From assembly GCA_951406725.2 (NCBI GenBank), contig OX597826.1:23746001-23810000 (forward strand): DNA of 64,000 nucleotides, read 5' to 3'. The position numbers were made by a program, and so were the translations under genes. Within the stretch, counting starts at the first letter, position 1; the number at the start of each line of letters is the position of its first letter. Origin of the DNA: Octopus vulgaris (lineage: Eukaryota). The notes under the pieces are model-generated. The model saw only the letters and a program-made list of their open reading frames with translations. It did not search any database and was not told the origin of the DNA. This document shows positions 43,896 to 63,474 of this stretch, piece by piece.

Positions 43896-45619
43896 GACAC
43901 ACACACACATAGCGTGTGTGTTTGCATAACACTGATAACTATGCAGGCACATACACATGCATGTACACTTCTACATCCACATGTGCATATATTGTGTATA
44001 TTGTTGTCTGAGAATCTATGCTAGTATGTAAAAACTTCAGCTAACAGCTTCATAGTGAGATGAATTCAGATACATATGCACATACAGATACTTAGTTGTG
44101 TGCAGACATGCATTAACAAATGCATTCATATTTGTGCTTTTGCATAAGCCTTCCATCCACTAAAGAGTCCAGGCCATCATTGTCTTTCTGCCACTGTTCT
44201 CAACTATGAGCTGCATTTTTTGCTCTCTCTCTCTCTCTTCTGTTAGATCCCTGCATTTTGGAGTCTAAGTATCCTATCTCCAGCTATTTTGGGGGACATC
44301 CCCTCTTTCTGCCTCCCTTGTAGGTTTCAGATCAGAGCCCGACATATAATGTACGATGTTAGTTTCCTTTCAGATTTCCCTGCACTGCATCATATGGTTC
44401 TCTGAAGGAAGGCCCCTCCTCCTCCTCCTCCCCCCAGGTCTAGTTTTGTTTTGAACTATCACAAATGCTTGTATAACTTGGCTTTTTTATTTGCTTCTAG
44501 GTAATGGTGTTGGCCCTACGCTAACCCATTTTTAACCTTTCAGAAGGAATAGTCCGTATTGGTCTGGCCCTTATCCTTTGTACTGCACTGGCATGGCTCT
44601 CAGGGTCATTGAGGCCCACAATGCAACACAGCACATCAAGGACTGCACCTTTTGGTGGGTCCACACTTTTATGTTTTCCTTTTTCTCTTAGAAATTTCTA
44701 GTCCTTCCTCTTGAGAACATTATCCTTCTGGAACCTTCCCACTCCTGCTTATGTTTTTGATGGCTGCATTGATTTGTAGATGTTCAAGAACATCAGCTAC
44801 CTCAGTCACACTGGTCTCAGTAAACATGCAATGGTTATGGATGGCAACCTTTTTCTTCCAGTCCAAACAGTTTCAAAAGAAAGAGTAGGGGTTATATTAG
44901 TGGATACGTGTAGCTTAGTGGTTAGGGTCTAGGACTCGTGATCATAAGATTGTGGTTTTGATTTCTGGATGAGGCAATGCATTGTGTTTCTGAGCAAAAC
45001 AAAACACTTCATTTCACGTTGATCCATTCCATCAGCTGGCAAAAATGAGTGATCCTGTGACAGACCGGCATCCCATTTAGGTGGGGAATATACCAGCAAT
45101 GGAAACTAGGATACTGACCCTTATGAGTGAGCATGACTTGAGAAAGAATCTTTAACTTTTATGGGTTATATTAAGTACCAGTCATTTAGAAGGACTGATT
45201 TAATTACCTGTTCCCTTCCTGCTCACAGAAAAATATTTCTGATCTTATGACAACTTTACAACTTTTTGTTGTTGATGTTGTCATTGCTGTCAACCTTGCC
45301 ATTTGCTCAAGGGCCAATTTTGCTTTGCATTAATCTGACTCATTAACATTAATGCTAATCATATCCCAGGTTTGATTAATCCATTCAACACTGTATTTCT
45401 GTTGAAATACACTGACTGTGTTTCAAATAATTTTAAAAACAATGAAGAACTTAGTAAAAGATCTTTGTTGTTATTTATTAATCTGGTGTTTGAGACAATT
45501 TAACAAGAATTTTTGATGGGAAGTTTTAAGGTAGAACAGTTTAAAACAGGAGGTTTGCATCATAAAAACAGGTGTGGGTTAATGTCAAACAATCTTGAAA
45601 ATGACAAAAAAAAAAACCC

Positions 45620-45925
45620 CTCAAGGTCTTGTCCAAGATGTGTGCACGGGTATGAAACTGTCCTACACACCATAGTTCAGTGTTCACGCATATCAATTTT
45701 TGAGCTTGTTTGAAATAAGTGATATCTCTTGTAAGACAAATCCAGCATTCTACTGAGTCTGTTGTGAAAATTCAGTGCAGCAGCTTCTTTCTTTGATAAG
45801 GGAAGGACAGCCAGTCTTCCTCTGCTTGGGGGACTGGTCTAAAAGGATTGAAGGTTGGCATTTTTCGACCCAGCCAAGCTCTCAACTTCAAGTATCACTT
45901 GAAAAGGAAGGTGAGTGTAGAGGGG
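45620..45925 (+). pseudogene. Old Tx1-like zinc-knuckle/C-terminal fragment
   Basis: CPRCVHGYETVLHTIVQC. The downstream caagtatcacttgaaaaggaaggtgag matches ~9049-9075. Confidence 0.75.
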
Positions 45926-45943
45926 GAGGTGCTACCTTCCACT

Positions 45944-46154
45944 CCTTTACTTGTTTCAGTCATTTGACTGTGGCCATGCTGGAGCACCACCATTAGTCGA
46001 GCAAATCAACCCCAGGACTTATTCTTTGTAAGCCTAGTACTTATTCTATCTGTCTCTTTTGCCGAACCACTAAGTTACAAGGCGTAAACACACCAGCATC
46101 GGTTGTCAATCGATGTTGACGGGGCAAATACAGACACACAAATATATACACACA

Positions 46155-46186
<32 letters not shown>

Positions 46187-46193
46187 AAAATTA

Positions 46194-46236
<43 letters not shown>

Positions 46237-46550
46237 TCATCATCATCATCATTTAACGTCCGCTTTCCATGCTAGTATGGGTTATATATATATATATATA
46301 TACACACAACCCATGCTAGCACCGTCCAACCCATGCTAGCATGGAAATCGGACGCTAAACGATGATGATGATGACACACACATACATATATACAACGCAT
46401 TTCTTTCAGTTTCTGTCTACCAAATCCACTCACAAGGCTTTGGTCGGCCCGAAGCTATAGTAGAGGACACTTGCCCAAGGTGCCACGCAGTGGGACTGAA
46501 CCTGGAACCATGTGGTTCATAAGCAAGCTACTTACCACACAGCCACTCCT
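45944..46550 (-). mobile_element. Full-length SINE family A with a nested inverted pair of family D tails (46233-46373)
   Basis: Tail tttacttgtttcagtcatttgactgtggccatgctggagcacc and head ...cttaccacacagccactcct. Confidence 0.85.
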
Positions 46551-47171
46551 TCGCTTGTAGAATATCAGTAAAAACTGATAAGAAATAAATTCAGTATAAA
46601 GGTTAGATGTGTCTGATGCTAATTACCATAAAATGAAGCATGTTAGTAAGTGCATGCAGTACATTTTGAAGGTGGTTGATGTTAGAAAGGACATCCTGCC
46701 CTAGAAACAATGCCAAAATAAAATGATCCACTAACCATAGTAAAAAAAAACCTTCAAATAAGAACTGACTGAGGCCATGATGGCTTGTCTAATAGCAACA
46801 TGGTAAATGGACATAAAATGATGATGGTTATAAAGTAAGCCATCAGATTAGCTGGGCTTTGAAGATAGCATTCATTGACTGAAGGAGAGACATGTACTGG
46901 TATGGTGGTATATGTAGTGAATGCTTGATCTAAGTAATTCTGCTTATGGACATTGCAAAGTGGAATTGGCAAGAGATGGTGTTGGGTGGGGGTCTGAAGA
47001 AAATAGAAGTAGCAGTAAGAATGTTGTCAAGATATTAGGAGTCATAGGAGTAAATGGTGTGGGGATTAAAATGAGAAGTGGATTTGTGTGTTGCAAACCT
47101 GTACAACTCATAGCAGCACAGAAAAGCGGACTTTAAAATGATAATGGTGGTGGTGGTGGTGGTGGTGGTGA

Positions 47172-47493
47172 AGAAATCGACCCCAGAAATTATTCTTTGT
47201 AAGCCTAGTACTTATTCTAGCAGTCTCTTTTGTCGAACCACTAAGTGACGGGGATGTAAACACAACAGTGTCAGTTGTCAAGTGATGTTGGGGGACAAAC
47301 ACATACACATACATACATATATATATATATGACAGGCTTCTTTCAGTTTTCATCTACCAAATCCTCTCACAAGGCTTTGGTCGGCCTGAAGCTATAGTAG
47401 AAGACACTTGCCCAAGGTGCCACGCAGTGGGACTGAACCCAGAACCATGTGGTTGGTAAGCAAGCTACTTACCACACAGCCACTCCTGCGCCT
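47172..47493 (-). mobile_element. SINE family A
   Basis: Ends ...accacacagccactcctgcgcc, the intact 5' end on the minus strand. Confidence 0.85.
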
Positions 47494-47896
47494 ATATATA
47501 AATATATGTATATATATGTGTGTGTGTGTGTGTGTATATTTATGTATATATATATTGTAGTTTGCTACATTCCAGTCTCATAACTGCATTGAATTATAGT
47601 TATGTTATCTATGCAAAGGTAGGCTAGGTAATCAGAAACATGACTCCCATAATATTTGAATAATAACAGAAGCCAATTATTTGTATATCGATTACATTTA
47701 ATAATACTCACATTTCAAGTGCTTATGTAGTTATCCACTTTGCTTGGACATTTCAAGAGAAACACCTTGGAAATTTCATATTTGCTTCTGTATACAGAAC
47801 CACTTGAAACGTGTGTTTCATTAAATGTATTCAAAATACCAATAATTGGCTTCTGTCGTTAGTCAATTACATGTGAATGAAGATATACATAAACAC

Positions 47897-48285
47897 AGGC
47901 ACGGCTGTTTGGTAAGAAGCTTGATTCCCAACCACATGGTTCCAGGTTCAGTCCCATTGTGTGGTAACTGGGGCAATTGTCTTCTACTATAGCCACAGGC
48001 TGACCAAATCCTTGTCAGTGAATTTGGTAAATGGAAACTGAAAAAGCCCTATCTTGTGTGTTTGTGTGTGCTGCGTGTTTTCATTTTCTTCTACCCCCAC
48101 TTGACAATTGATGTTGGTGTGTCTACATCCCTGTAACTTAGTGGTTCAGCAAAAGAGTTTGATAGAATGAATACCAGGCTTTAAAAAAAGTACTGGGGTT
48201 GATTAATTCAACTAAAATTTCTTTAAGCTAGTAAGTACCCCAGCATGGCCGCAGTCTAGTAACTGAAACACACAAAAGATAAAAG
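47897..48285 (+). mobile_element. SINE family A
   Basis: ggcacggctgtttggtaagaagc...ccagcatggccgcagtc. Confidence 0.8.
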
Positions 48286-50031
48286 ATATATATCATCATT
48301 GTCATACATCTGTTTTTCATGCTGGCATGGGTTAGACAGCTTGACCAGTACTGGTAAGCTGGAGAGCTGCACCTGGCTCGAGTTGTCCATTTTGGTCTGG
48401 TTTCTATGGCTAGAGGCCCTTCCTAGTGCCAGTTGTCTCTTTTGAACATTAATTTGCACATCCAGCTTTGCTTGGCCGTGCTTTGTCAGTTTACACAATA
48501 CTTAGTTTGCATACTATCGCTTTTGTACAGTTCTGATTCCCTCATGGGGCGGATGGTTAAGCAGGCAATTACGAACCAGAGAACTGCACAGAGCACCAAT
48601 GTCCGTTTTAGCACGGCTCCTACCACTGGAAGCCCTTCCCACTGCCAACCATTACAGAATGTACTGTGTACTTCTTTTTGGCACCAGCACTAGTCAGGTC
48701 ACTATATCATCATCCTCATCATCATCATCCTTTAATGTCTGCTTTACATGCTGGTATGGGTTGGACAGATTAACCAGAGCTGGCAAGCTGGAGAGCTGCA
48801 ACAAGTTCCAGTCTGATTTGGCTTGGTTTCTCGGACTGGATGCCCTTCCTAATGCCAACCACTTTACAGTGTGTGCTGGGTGCTTTTAACATGGTACTAG
48901 CACAAGGGCTTTTTATATGGCAATAGCACAAGTGCTTTTTACGTAGCACTGGCACAAATACACATGTGCACACACAAACCTGCACAAAAATTGTATTTGT
49001 TATTCCCATTTGAATAAATAAATGTTTAAATATTGTCTGTGTGGTTTTTTAATATAATTGTTTGTCAACAATTATATTAAAAAAACGTACACCGTTTCGA
49101 TTTGCACAGTGATTCACAGAATCACTTCACCATATAAAGCAAGGAGCACCTGTATATATTTTCACAGCTGAATTCCCTTTCTAAAAGCGCATCACTCAGC
49201 TATGAAGTTGTAGCATCAATTATTTTATTTTTTTCTCTTTGACAGACAAAAGCAATTTGATGAACCATAACTCATTGTGTGTGTGTGTAATGGCTTTTAT
49301 CAAAGTTTGCTTGCACTGCCGACACGGTATTCAACTATTATTCTTAGAAATTATATTTAACTGCAGCTTATCCTAATGGGGAATTTAAGAGATTTAAGAG
49401 ATAGTTACTGTGTAGTAGTAATTCATATTAAACTGAAAGATAATCATTTTATTTTTGGTATATATGTCACTACAAACTAGTACTAAAAAATGTGAGGTAA
49501 TCTCACTGCAAATTTCGCAATGGATTCTATGTCTAAATATAATCAGTTGATTGCTTTTCAGATAATAAATTGCTGAATCATTATAATCCATCTTTAATCC
49601 AAAGAGAATTTAACTAGAAGCAAATCTCTTTTAACTAGTTTTATAATGTCGTTCATTCGTTCTTGTGATATTTTGGTGAATGGGGTGTTCCTGAGGAGAG
49701 GGTTGTATTAATGTTAAACAGGCATGAACTCAATTTTCTGTGTCAAGCTCTTTACATTAGATGTTATTGAAGAGAGAAATTCTCTTCAAAGATATGACAG
49801 GCACCTGTGTGTGTGTGTATGTGTCTGTAGGCATGATTGTTTGGTGAAGAAGCTTGCGTTGTTATCACATGATTTCAGGTTCAGTCCCTTTGCGTGACAC
49901 TTTTGTCAAGTATCTTCTTTAGTCCTGCACTGACCAGTGCCTTGGGAGTGGGATGACAAACTATAGAAGCCCATTGTGTGTGTGTCTTTGTACCCTTGCC
50001 ACCAGACTTTAAAAAAAAAGAAAAGAAACAT

Positions 50032-50420
50032 AGGCGCAGGTGTGGCTGTGTATTATGAAGCTTGCTTCCCAACCACATGGTTCTGAGTTCAGTCCTACTG
50101 TGTGGCGCCTTGGGTAAGTGTCTTCTGCTAGAGCCTCAGGCTGACCAAAGCCTTCTTAGTGGATTTGGTAGACAGAAACTGAAAGAAGCCTGTCATGTAT
50201 ATATAATTATGTGTATGTATTTGTGTGTCTATGTTTGTCCCCCCACTATTGCTTGACAACCGATGTTGGTGTGTTTACGTGCTCGAAACTTAGCGGTTCG
50301 GCAAAAGTCACGGATAGAGTAAGTACTAAACTTACAAAGATTAAGTCCTGGGGTTAATTTGTTCAACTAAAGGCGGTGCTCCAGCATGGCTGCAGTTAAA
50401 TGACTGCAACAAATGAAAGA
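50032..50420 (+). mobile_element. SINE family A (full length)
   Basis: ggcgcaggtgtggctgtg...aaggcggtgctccagcatggctgcagttaaatgactg. Confidence 0.85.
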
Positions 50421-50717
50421 TTAAATGAATAATCTATAGAAGCCCTTTGCGCGTGTGTGTGTGTGTGTCTCTGTACCCTTGTAACAGAAGTAGTGGGGTT
50501 GATTTGTTAGGCTAAATGCTTCAAGGTGGTGACCCAGCATGTTCCACAGTCCAATGACTGAAATGAGTAAAAGATAAGAGAGAAAGGGGAGAATGCAAAT
50601 ACAGAAGCCACATACAAGAGAGGATAGATTAAAGACGTGAGGTTTCCTTAAAGCATGAAGTGTCAATGAGGAAAACAGGCACAGGTTCAAATCCCACTTG
50701 AGAGTTATATTCTTTTA

Positions 50718-51080
50718 TTATTTTACTTCTTACAGTCAGTTGACTGTGGCCATGCTTGAGCACTGCCTTGAAGGGTTTTAGTCAAGCAAATCAATGCCAG
50801 AGCTTCCTTTGTCAGCCGAGTACTTATTCTATCAGCCTCTTTTGCCAAACTGCTAAGTTACAGGAACGTAAACACACCAACACTGGTTGTCAAGCAGTGG
50901 TGGGGAGAGACACACACACGATGGGCTTCTTTCAATTTCCACCTACCAAATCCACTTGCAAGGCTTTGGTCAGCCCAAGGATATAATAGAAGACATTTGC
51001 CCAATGTGTCACATAGTGAGACTGAACACAGAACCATGTGGCTGGGAAGTGAGCTTCTTACCACACGGCTATGCCTGTGC
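50718..51080 (-). mobile_element. SINE family A
   Basis: Reverse complement of the family consensus. Confidence 0.75.
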
Positions 51081-53073
51081 CATATCTTTAACAATTTTTC
51101 ATATGTAGCCTTCACAAACTTTGTAAAATATATCAATATCTATCTACCGTTCACTTACGTTGACCAGCAATAAATTTAGTTGAAGGCACATCCTGACACC
51201 TCATTGCCATTATGAGAAATGGATTTTGTCGAGTGCAGAGTGTGTAGCAGTTTCATTATGTTAAATCGTCAATGAAACCATAGATTTCAGTTTTCCATTT
51301 TGCATGCTGCATCCTTATATTTGTTTTTTTTTTTGTCTCTTATTCTATTCTCCATTAGAGTACTGGAAAAACTGCCTAAAAATATTTGTTCAGACTGTCT
51401 TCATTCTTGGTTCAAATCTTGTCCAGGTCAACTTTGCATTTCGTCCCCCTAGGATCAATGGAATCAATTAATTGCCATCCCTCAAAATTACTGGCATTAT
51501 GCCTAAATCAGAAACAACTGCTATTATTATTATTGAGTGAGAGAGCAACACACGTCATCAAATAAACAAAGCCCAATGCACCCATCTTCACTATCTGTCT
51601 GATAAGGGAATACCTGGCACATGCATCACAACCACATGTGCACAACATGGTGACCTGACCTCATCAAGCTAAACAATGCATGACCTTAGAGATGTGGGGA
51701 CCAGTTAGAATTTTCTTGGGGTCAAGTAGCCCATCCCAGTCAAGGCAGTGAGCTGGAAAAATCAGTAACATGTCGGATAAAATGCTTACTGGCATTTCAT
51801 CCATTCTTTTTTTTTTTTGGTGCCAAGGTCAACTTTGCCTCTCATCCTTTAGGGAGCAATGACATAAATACCAGTTGAGCAATGGGGGGGGGGTCAAAGT
51901 AATCAACTACCCCATCCATTGCCCTCCCCCAAAATACTTTGCTTTATTTGTTCTGATTCTTTACATTCTGAGTTCAAATCTTGCTGAAGTCATTTTATCC
52001 TTGGGTTGATAAGTAAAGCATCAGTCAAGTATTGGGTTCAATTTAATCAACTGATTTCATCTTCCCCACCAAATATTCTGGCTTCTTGCTTGTATCAGGC
52101 ATTATTATTATTATCATTATTATTATTATTTAAATCTTGGGTGGGGGGAAACCGGGTGCTCTGTCGGTTACCATGGCAAGGGCTCAGTTTGATCCGATCA
52201 CCCGAGCAGACTGCTCATGAAATTGATGTACAATGTCGCTGAGCATCCCAGACACACTCACCTGTAACATAGTTCTCAGGGGGATTCAATATGACACAGA
52301 ATGTAACAGGACTGGCCTTTTGACTTACAGGTATAACTCATTTTTGCCAGCTGAGTGGACTGCCAACAATTGAACTCATGACCATGTGCCAAATACCCTA
52401 ACCACTAAGCCATGCACCTTTGCTATTATTCTAAATCCTAATTATTTAGGAAAGGGGCTATTTTTTCCCCCTTTTTTTTTATAAGAATTATATTTCTATT
52501 ATCTTTATATGGTTACTTTTCAAATAAGATTTCCACCTTCAGAATATTTAGCATTACTAAATTTTATTTTTCTATTTATCAATTTTTTTTTGTCATTAAT
52601 GTTTTTATTCTATAAAAACTTTCACTAAAATATCTTTCTTTTTTCTATTTATTTACTTATTTCATTTTCTTCACTGTTTACAATTTGCTTCATATTCTTA
52701 TCTCGAAATCAATAAATTATCTTTAAAACTTCCATTTTTTTCTTCATCTCTTTTTTTTTCATTTTTTATTGATTTATTTTTTCATTCCCATTCCTTAACT
52801 TTGCAAATTGTTTCATTTTATTGATTTTTTTTTTTTTTTATTGTACAATATAGTCTTCTGTGGTTCAACACAATGTTTGTGTGTGTGTGTGTGTATATTT
52901 GCATGTATGTGTATGTGCATGTGAGTGTGCACACATATATGTTGATACATTGTATATATGTGTTTGTAGTGTGTTCGTCTTTAAATAGATGAATATAAAT
53001 ATATATATACATTCATGTACAGTTATTTTGGAAAGGGTTTATTGCAAATGTTTATAATTTTTTTTTCTACCAG

Positions 53074-53097
53074 GGTGGTTGGTGATGATTGTTGCAG
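53074..53097 (+). other. Candidate 24-nt microexon
   Basis: tttataatttttttttctaccAG|GGTGGTTGGTGATGATTGTTGCAG|GTacga; frame-preserving length. Confidence 0.3.
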
Positions 53098-53719
53098 GTA
53101 CGAATGTACAAATGTGAAATACAATTTTCAAATTACCTGTCTGTTTCTTTGTTTCTGTATTCATTTTTCATGCTAATTGTATTTAAGACTTATTTGTTGT
53201 TGTTGTTATTAAGGCAGTGAGCTAGCAGAATCGTTTGCATGCTGGGAAAAATACTTGGTGGTATTTTGTCCAACTTTTATGTTCTGAGCTCAAATTCTGT
53301 CGAGGTTAACTTTGTCTTTCATCCTTTCAGGGTCAATGAAATAAGTACCAGTTATACACTGGGATCAATCAAATTGACTATCCCCCTCCCCCAAATTGCA
53401 TACCTTGTGCCCCTAATAAAAAGGATTATTATTATTATTATTGTTCACTAGATAACAATGGCACTCTTTTAATTTTGACTCTATATCTTCTGGAGGAGTT
53501 ACCTCAATCCTTTATATATTAACCAAAATGAAGGAGATTGACAAAATTATTTTTTGAACCAGTTGAAGACACACGAGATTCGAAATATCGTTCACTAGAT
53601 AACAATGGCAATCTTCTTTTAATTTTGACATATTATTATTATTATTATCATAGACCAGTGGATTAGTAGTCTCATTAGGGCAATGGACAAAATGCTTTTG
53701 CAGTATCTCTTCCAACTCT

Positions 53720-53930
53720 TTAACCCTTTCCTTACTGTATTTATTTTGAGATACTCTATGTTTCTTTCAATTACTTTAAATATAACAAAGGATTTTAGTA
53801 AAATAACTTACTAGTGTTAAGAACATAAATTGTGACTAAGGTTTGGTGGAAGATTTTAATTCAAAACTTGTGAAAACAAGACATTTGTACTCAGAGCCGG
53901 TTTCAGCCGGGTTGGTAATGAACGGGTTAA
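53720..53930 (+). mobile_element. piggyBac-like MITE with TTAA target-site duplication
   Basis: TTAA-CCCTTTC...GAACGGG-TTAA; same family as 5937-6159. Confidence 0.8.
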
Positions 53931-54506
53931 ACCAGGCCTGGACAACTCAAATTACATTGTGGGCCACTTTAATCACAGAAAGGTTTTTGAGGGCTGCTTG
54001 TATACTTACTGAATTGAAAGCATTTAGCTTTTCTTGCATTATTATTACAATAATGAATGAATGATTGATCGTTGAGTCAACATGAAATATTTTCATTGTA
54101 GAAACAATAGTATCATTCTTTTTTTACTTTTCATTACAATCTTTAATTTTTGATAAAATTTTTTAAATGTTTGTTTAAATAAACCCATTTCAAGAAAGTA
54201 TCAAGCTGTCTGTGGGCTACGTTTGGCCCACAGGCCTCAGGTTGGCCAGCCCTGCTTTAAACTTGGAGTTTGATTACCACAAAGGTAGTCATTACCTCTC
54301 ATCATTGATGAAATAAGTAGCAGTTGAGTACTTAATACTGGTGTTCATGTGAACGACTAGTCCCATCCCTAAAATTTCAGACCTTTTGCCTATAGTAGAA
54401 AGAGGTTATTATTATTGGCACTTGGTAGCCAATTACTTACATGGTCTCAAATTCCATTCACTCATACAATTTCCATTTGATTTTTATTTTAATGCTGATG
54501 TACTTG

Positions 54507-58320
<3,814 letters not shown>

Positions 58321-61300
58321 AAATCCTTAAATCCTTAAAAATGTTTTAGCCCGAAGGCCGCGGCCATGCTGGGGCACCACCGCTGAATGAGCTACACTAG
58401 TTTGTGAATCCACCTCTGATACGTGGCACTTGATCAACAAGGGAGTTCGATGCTGCTGCCCGCATCCGTGTCTCCTGTCGTGAGGTAGGTTCATCTGGGA
58501 CTCCCAACAAGAAGAGATCCAGTTTAGTTTTAAAGAAACCCACATCCACACCATGTAAGTCTCTCAGGCATTTAGGGAGGATGTTAAAGAGCTGTGGTCC
58601 TCTGAAACCCAAGCTGTTGCAGTATCTGGACCTGTATTTTGATGGTGATGTTGGAATCCTTGGCACCACGCAGCGGCGCCCCGTTCTGCGGTTGGAGTAA
58701 CTTTGAATGCCAAAGTTTGGGACAAGACCCTCCAGGATTTTCCAGATGTATATCACTGCATATCTCTCCCGCCTCCGCTCCAGGGAGAAGAGGTTTAATA
58801 CCTTCAGTCTTTCCCAGTAGCTGACATTTTGCATTGAGACGATTTTCTTTGTGTAGCTTCTCTGAGTTGCTTCGAGTTCTGCTGTTTGTTTTATATTGTG
58901 TGGTGACCAAAGTTGGGAGCAGTAGTCCAAGCGGCTGAGGACAAATGTTTTCCATAGGACCATCAGTGTCTCCTTCTCTCTTGTTCTGAAAGTTCGGAGA
59001 ATCCATCCAGCTAGCCGTCTGCATTTTATCACCAGATTAGCAATATGCATTTGGAAAGATGCATCATTGCTCATGTCAATGCCCAGGTCACGCACTGATT
59101 TTGACTCAGGGATTGCAATTCTTCCTGGGCCAGTGTATCCAGTCTTCACGTCATTTACCTTTGTGTGCCAGTAGCGCAGGGCCTGGAACTTACCTGCATT
59201 AAACTGCATGTTGTTGTCCTCAGCCCACCTGTATATTGTGTCCAGCTCATGTTGCAGATGCGCAATATTTTCAGGGTTTTGTATTGCGTGGGAGACTTTT
59301 GTGTCATCTGCATAGCTAGCAAGGGTGGTCATCGTAGCAACTGAAGGCATGTCTGAAAGGGCCACTATGAACATCAGTGGCCCCAAGACAGTGCCCTGTG
59401 GGACACCGCTTGTTATTTGCGTTTCCCTGGAGGTGGCTCCATTGCTCACAACTGCCTGTTTTCTGTCTTTTAGGAAGTTGTGCAGCCACTCTCCAAGTTT
59501 CCCGCCTATGCCGAGACCACGCAGTTTGTGACAGATCATACCATGGTCGACTTTATCAAAGGCTTTTGCAAAGTCAAGATATATTACATCCACATTTGAG
59601 CCATTTAGTAGCTGTTTCAACACCCAGTCATAGTGTTGCAGGAGCTGTGTTAGGCAGCCTCTACCTGGTCGAAATCCATGCTGGGTGTCAGACAGTAAGT
59701 CATTTTCTTCAAGGAACATGATTAGTTTCTTACGGACTATTCGTTCCATGACTTTGCTGATGTGTGAGGTCAGAGAGATAGGCCTATAATTTTTAGCATC
59801 TGCTCTGCTACCTCCCTTATGGATAGGGCATATTACCCCCTCTTTCAGTTTGACTGGGAGCTTACCACTTGCAAGAAAGCTCTGAAAAAGAAGCTGTAGC
59901 GGTTTTGCAAGGGCTCGTTTGCACGATTTGAGAAGGATCGCTGGGAATCCATCAGGTCCAGCAGCTGAGTTTGTGTCAATCTCATCAATGGCTAGTGTGA
60001 TATCATCTTCTTCGATGTTGATGTACTCAATTTTTGTCTCTTTGGCCGCTGGTAAAGTGGCAAAGAATTCTTCTGGGTTGTTTACTTGCCTGTGTCCTAG
60101 AGGTGTAGTGAACACACTTTGGAACTGTTCGTTCAGTATTTCACTTATCCTCGTGGGATTTCCTGTGAGAGAGCCATCTTTTGGAAGAGAGGTCCTATTC
60201 TCTGGTGCACTGTGGCTGTCTCTTTGGCAAACTTAAAGAAAGCTTTAGGGTTTGATTTTATATTTTCTATTACCCAAGCTTCTTTATCTGCTCTCTCCTT
60301 TTCATGGGACTGATGTAGACTTTTCTCAGTTTCCATTAGCATTCTTTCGAGCCGAGACTTCTCACCACTTTTGGTGTGCTTGCTCAGGCGGTTTGCAATC
60401 CTTGTCCGTCGTCTCATAAGAATCCTCCTTTCTCTAGGGATCCTGTTTTTGTTCTTGTGTGTGCTGGCCCTGCACATTGGGACATATTTGTCACATATGG
60501 CTTGTATTATGGACATGAAGTGTTTGTGTTTCATGTTTATGTCCGGTGTGGAGAGACATTCAGGCCAATCCTGTTTGAGGATCTCTTTCTCAATCGACTT
60601 CCAGTTGGCTTTATGAAAGTTTAAGTTGGAGAGATGGTGGGTGCTTCGTATAGGCTGTGTGTCTGCAGGGGCTTTTGCTCCATACATAGACAGCTCTATT
60701 ATGTTGTGATCCGAGATCATTGTCGGCATCACATTAACATTATGGATAATATCCATATTGTTTGTGAAGCAGAGATCCAGTATGTTATCTGCCCTTGTTG
60801 GTTGCAGAACTATTTGCTCCATGAAAGAGGTATTTGTGAGATGGAGCAGGGACTCCACCTGTGCCTGCTGATGGTGTGTCATCCCTGGGAGCATCTGCCC
60901 CCAGGCCATTCCACATTGGGGAGGTTAAAGTCACCCATGAAGAATACACTGTTGTGCTGTTCAAGGTTGGTGAAGACTTCTCCTATTTTTGTTAGGCAGT
61001 CTTCAAACATGCCTGAGTGTTTTGGGGCGTCTGGTGGGCGATATGTAGTGCATATGACGATATTCAGTTGTCTTATGTGTACAATTTGAGTTTCACATAC
61101 TGAGTTTGAATATGACAGCAGGACCTGGGGCGTGAGGTCATCTCGGATGTACATTGCAACTCCACCGTGGCTCCTCCCTTTTCTATCTGTGCGTATGACT
61201 GCATATTGCGGCATGTGTATTTCTGCATCACCTATATCGGGTTCAAGATGCGTTTCTGTGAGTGCCATGCATATAGCTTGATTGCATGTCACAAGGTCTC

Positions 61301-61370
61301 TCAGGAATGAAATTTTCTTTTTACAGTTTCCGCGCAGCAGCCCTCCTACATTCAGTAGAAATATTTTTGT
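58321..61370 (-). mobile_element. CR1/L2-like LINE with near-complete ORF2 (APE endonuclease + RT) broken by two frameshifts; no ORF1 visible
   Basis: 60879-61370 reads [35 protein letters not shown]. 60145-60909 reads PTR..NILDL..SDH. 58397-60115 is the RT ([37 protein letters not shown]). The 3' tail is (TAAGGATT)2. Confidence 0.93.
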
Positions 61371-61389
61371 GGTGTGTGTGTGGTGTTGG

Positions 61390-63471
<2,082 letters not shown>

Positions 63472-63474
<3 letters not shown>

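Noticed and set aside
50032-50110. tRNA genes at SINE heads
   Set aside because: Only A/B-box-like remnants fused to SINE bodies; no complete cloverleaf.
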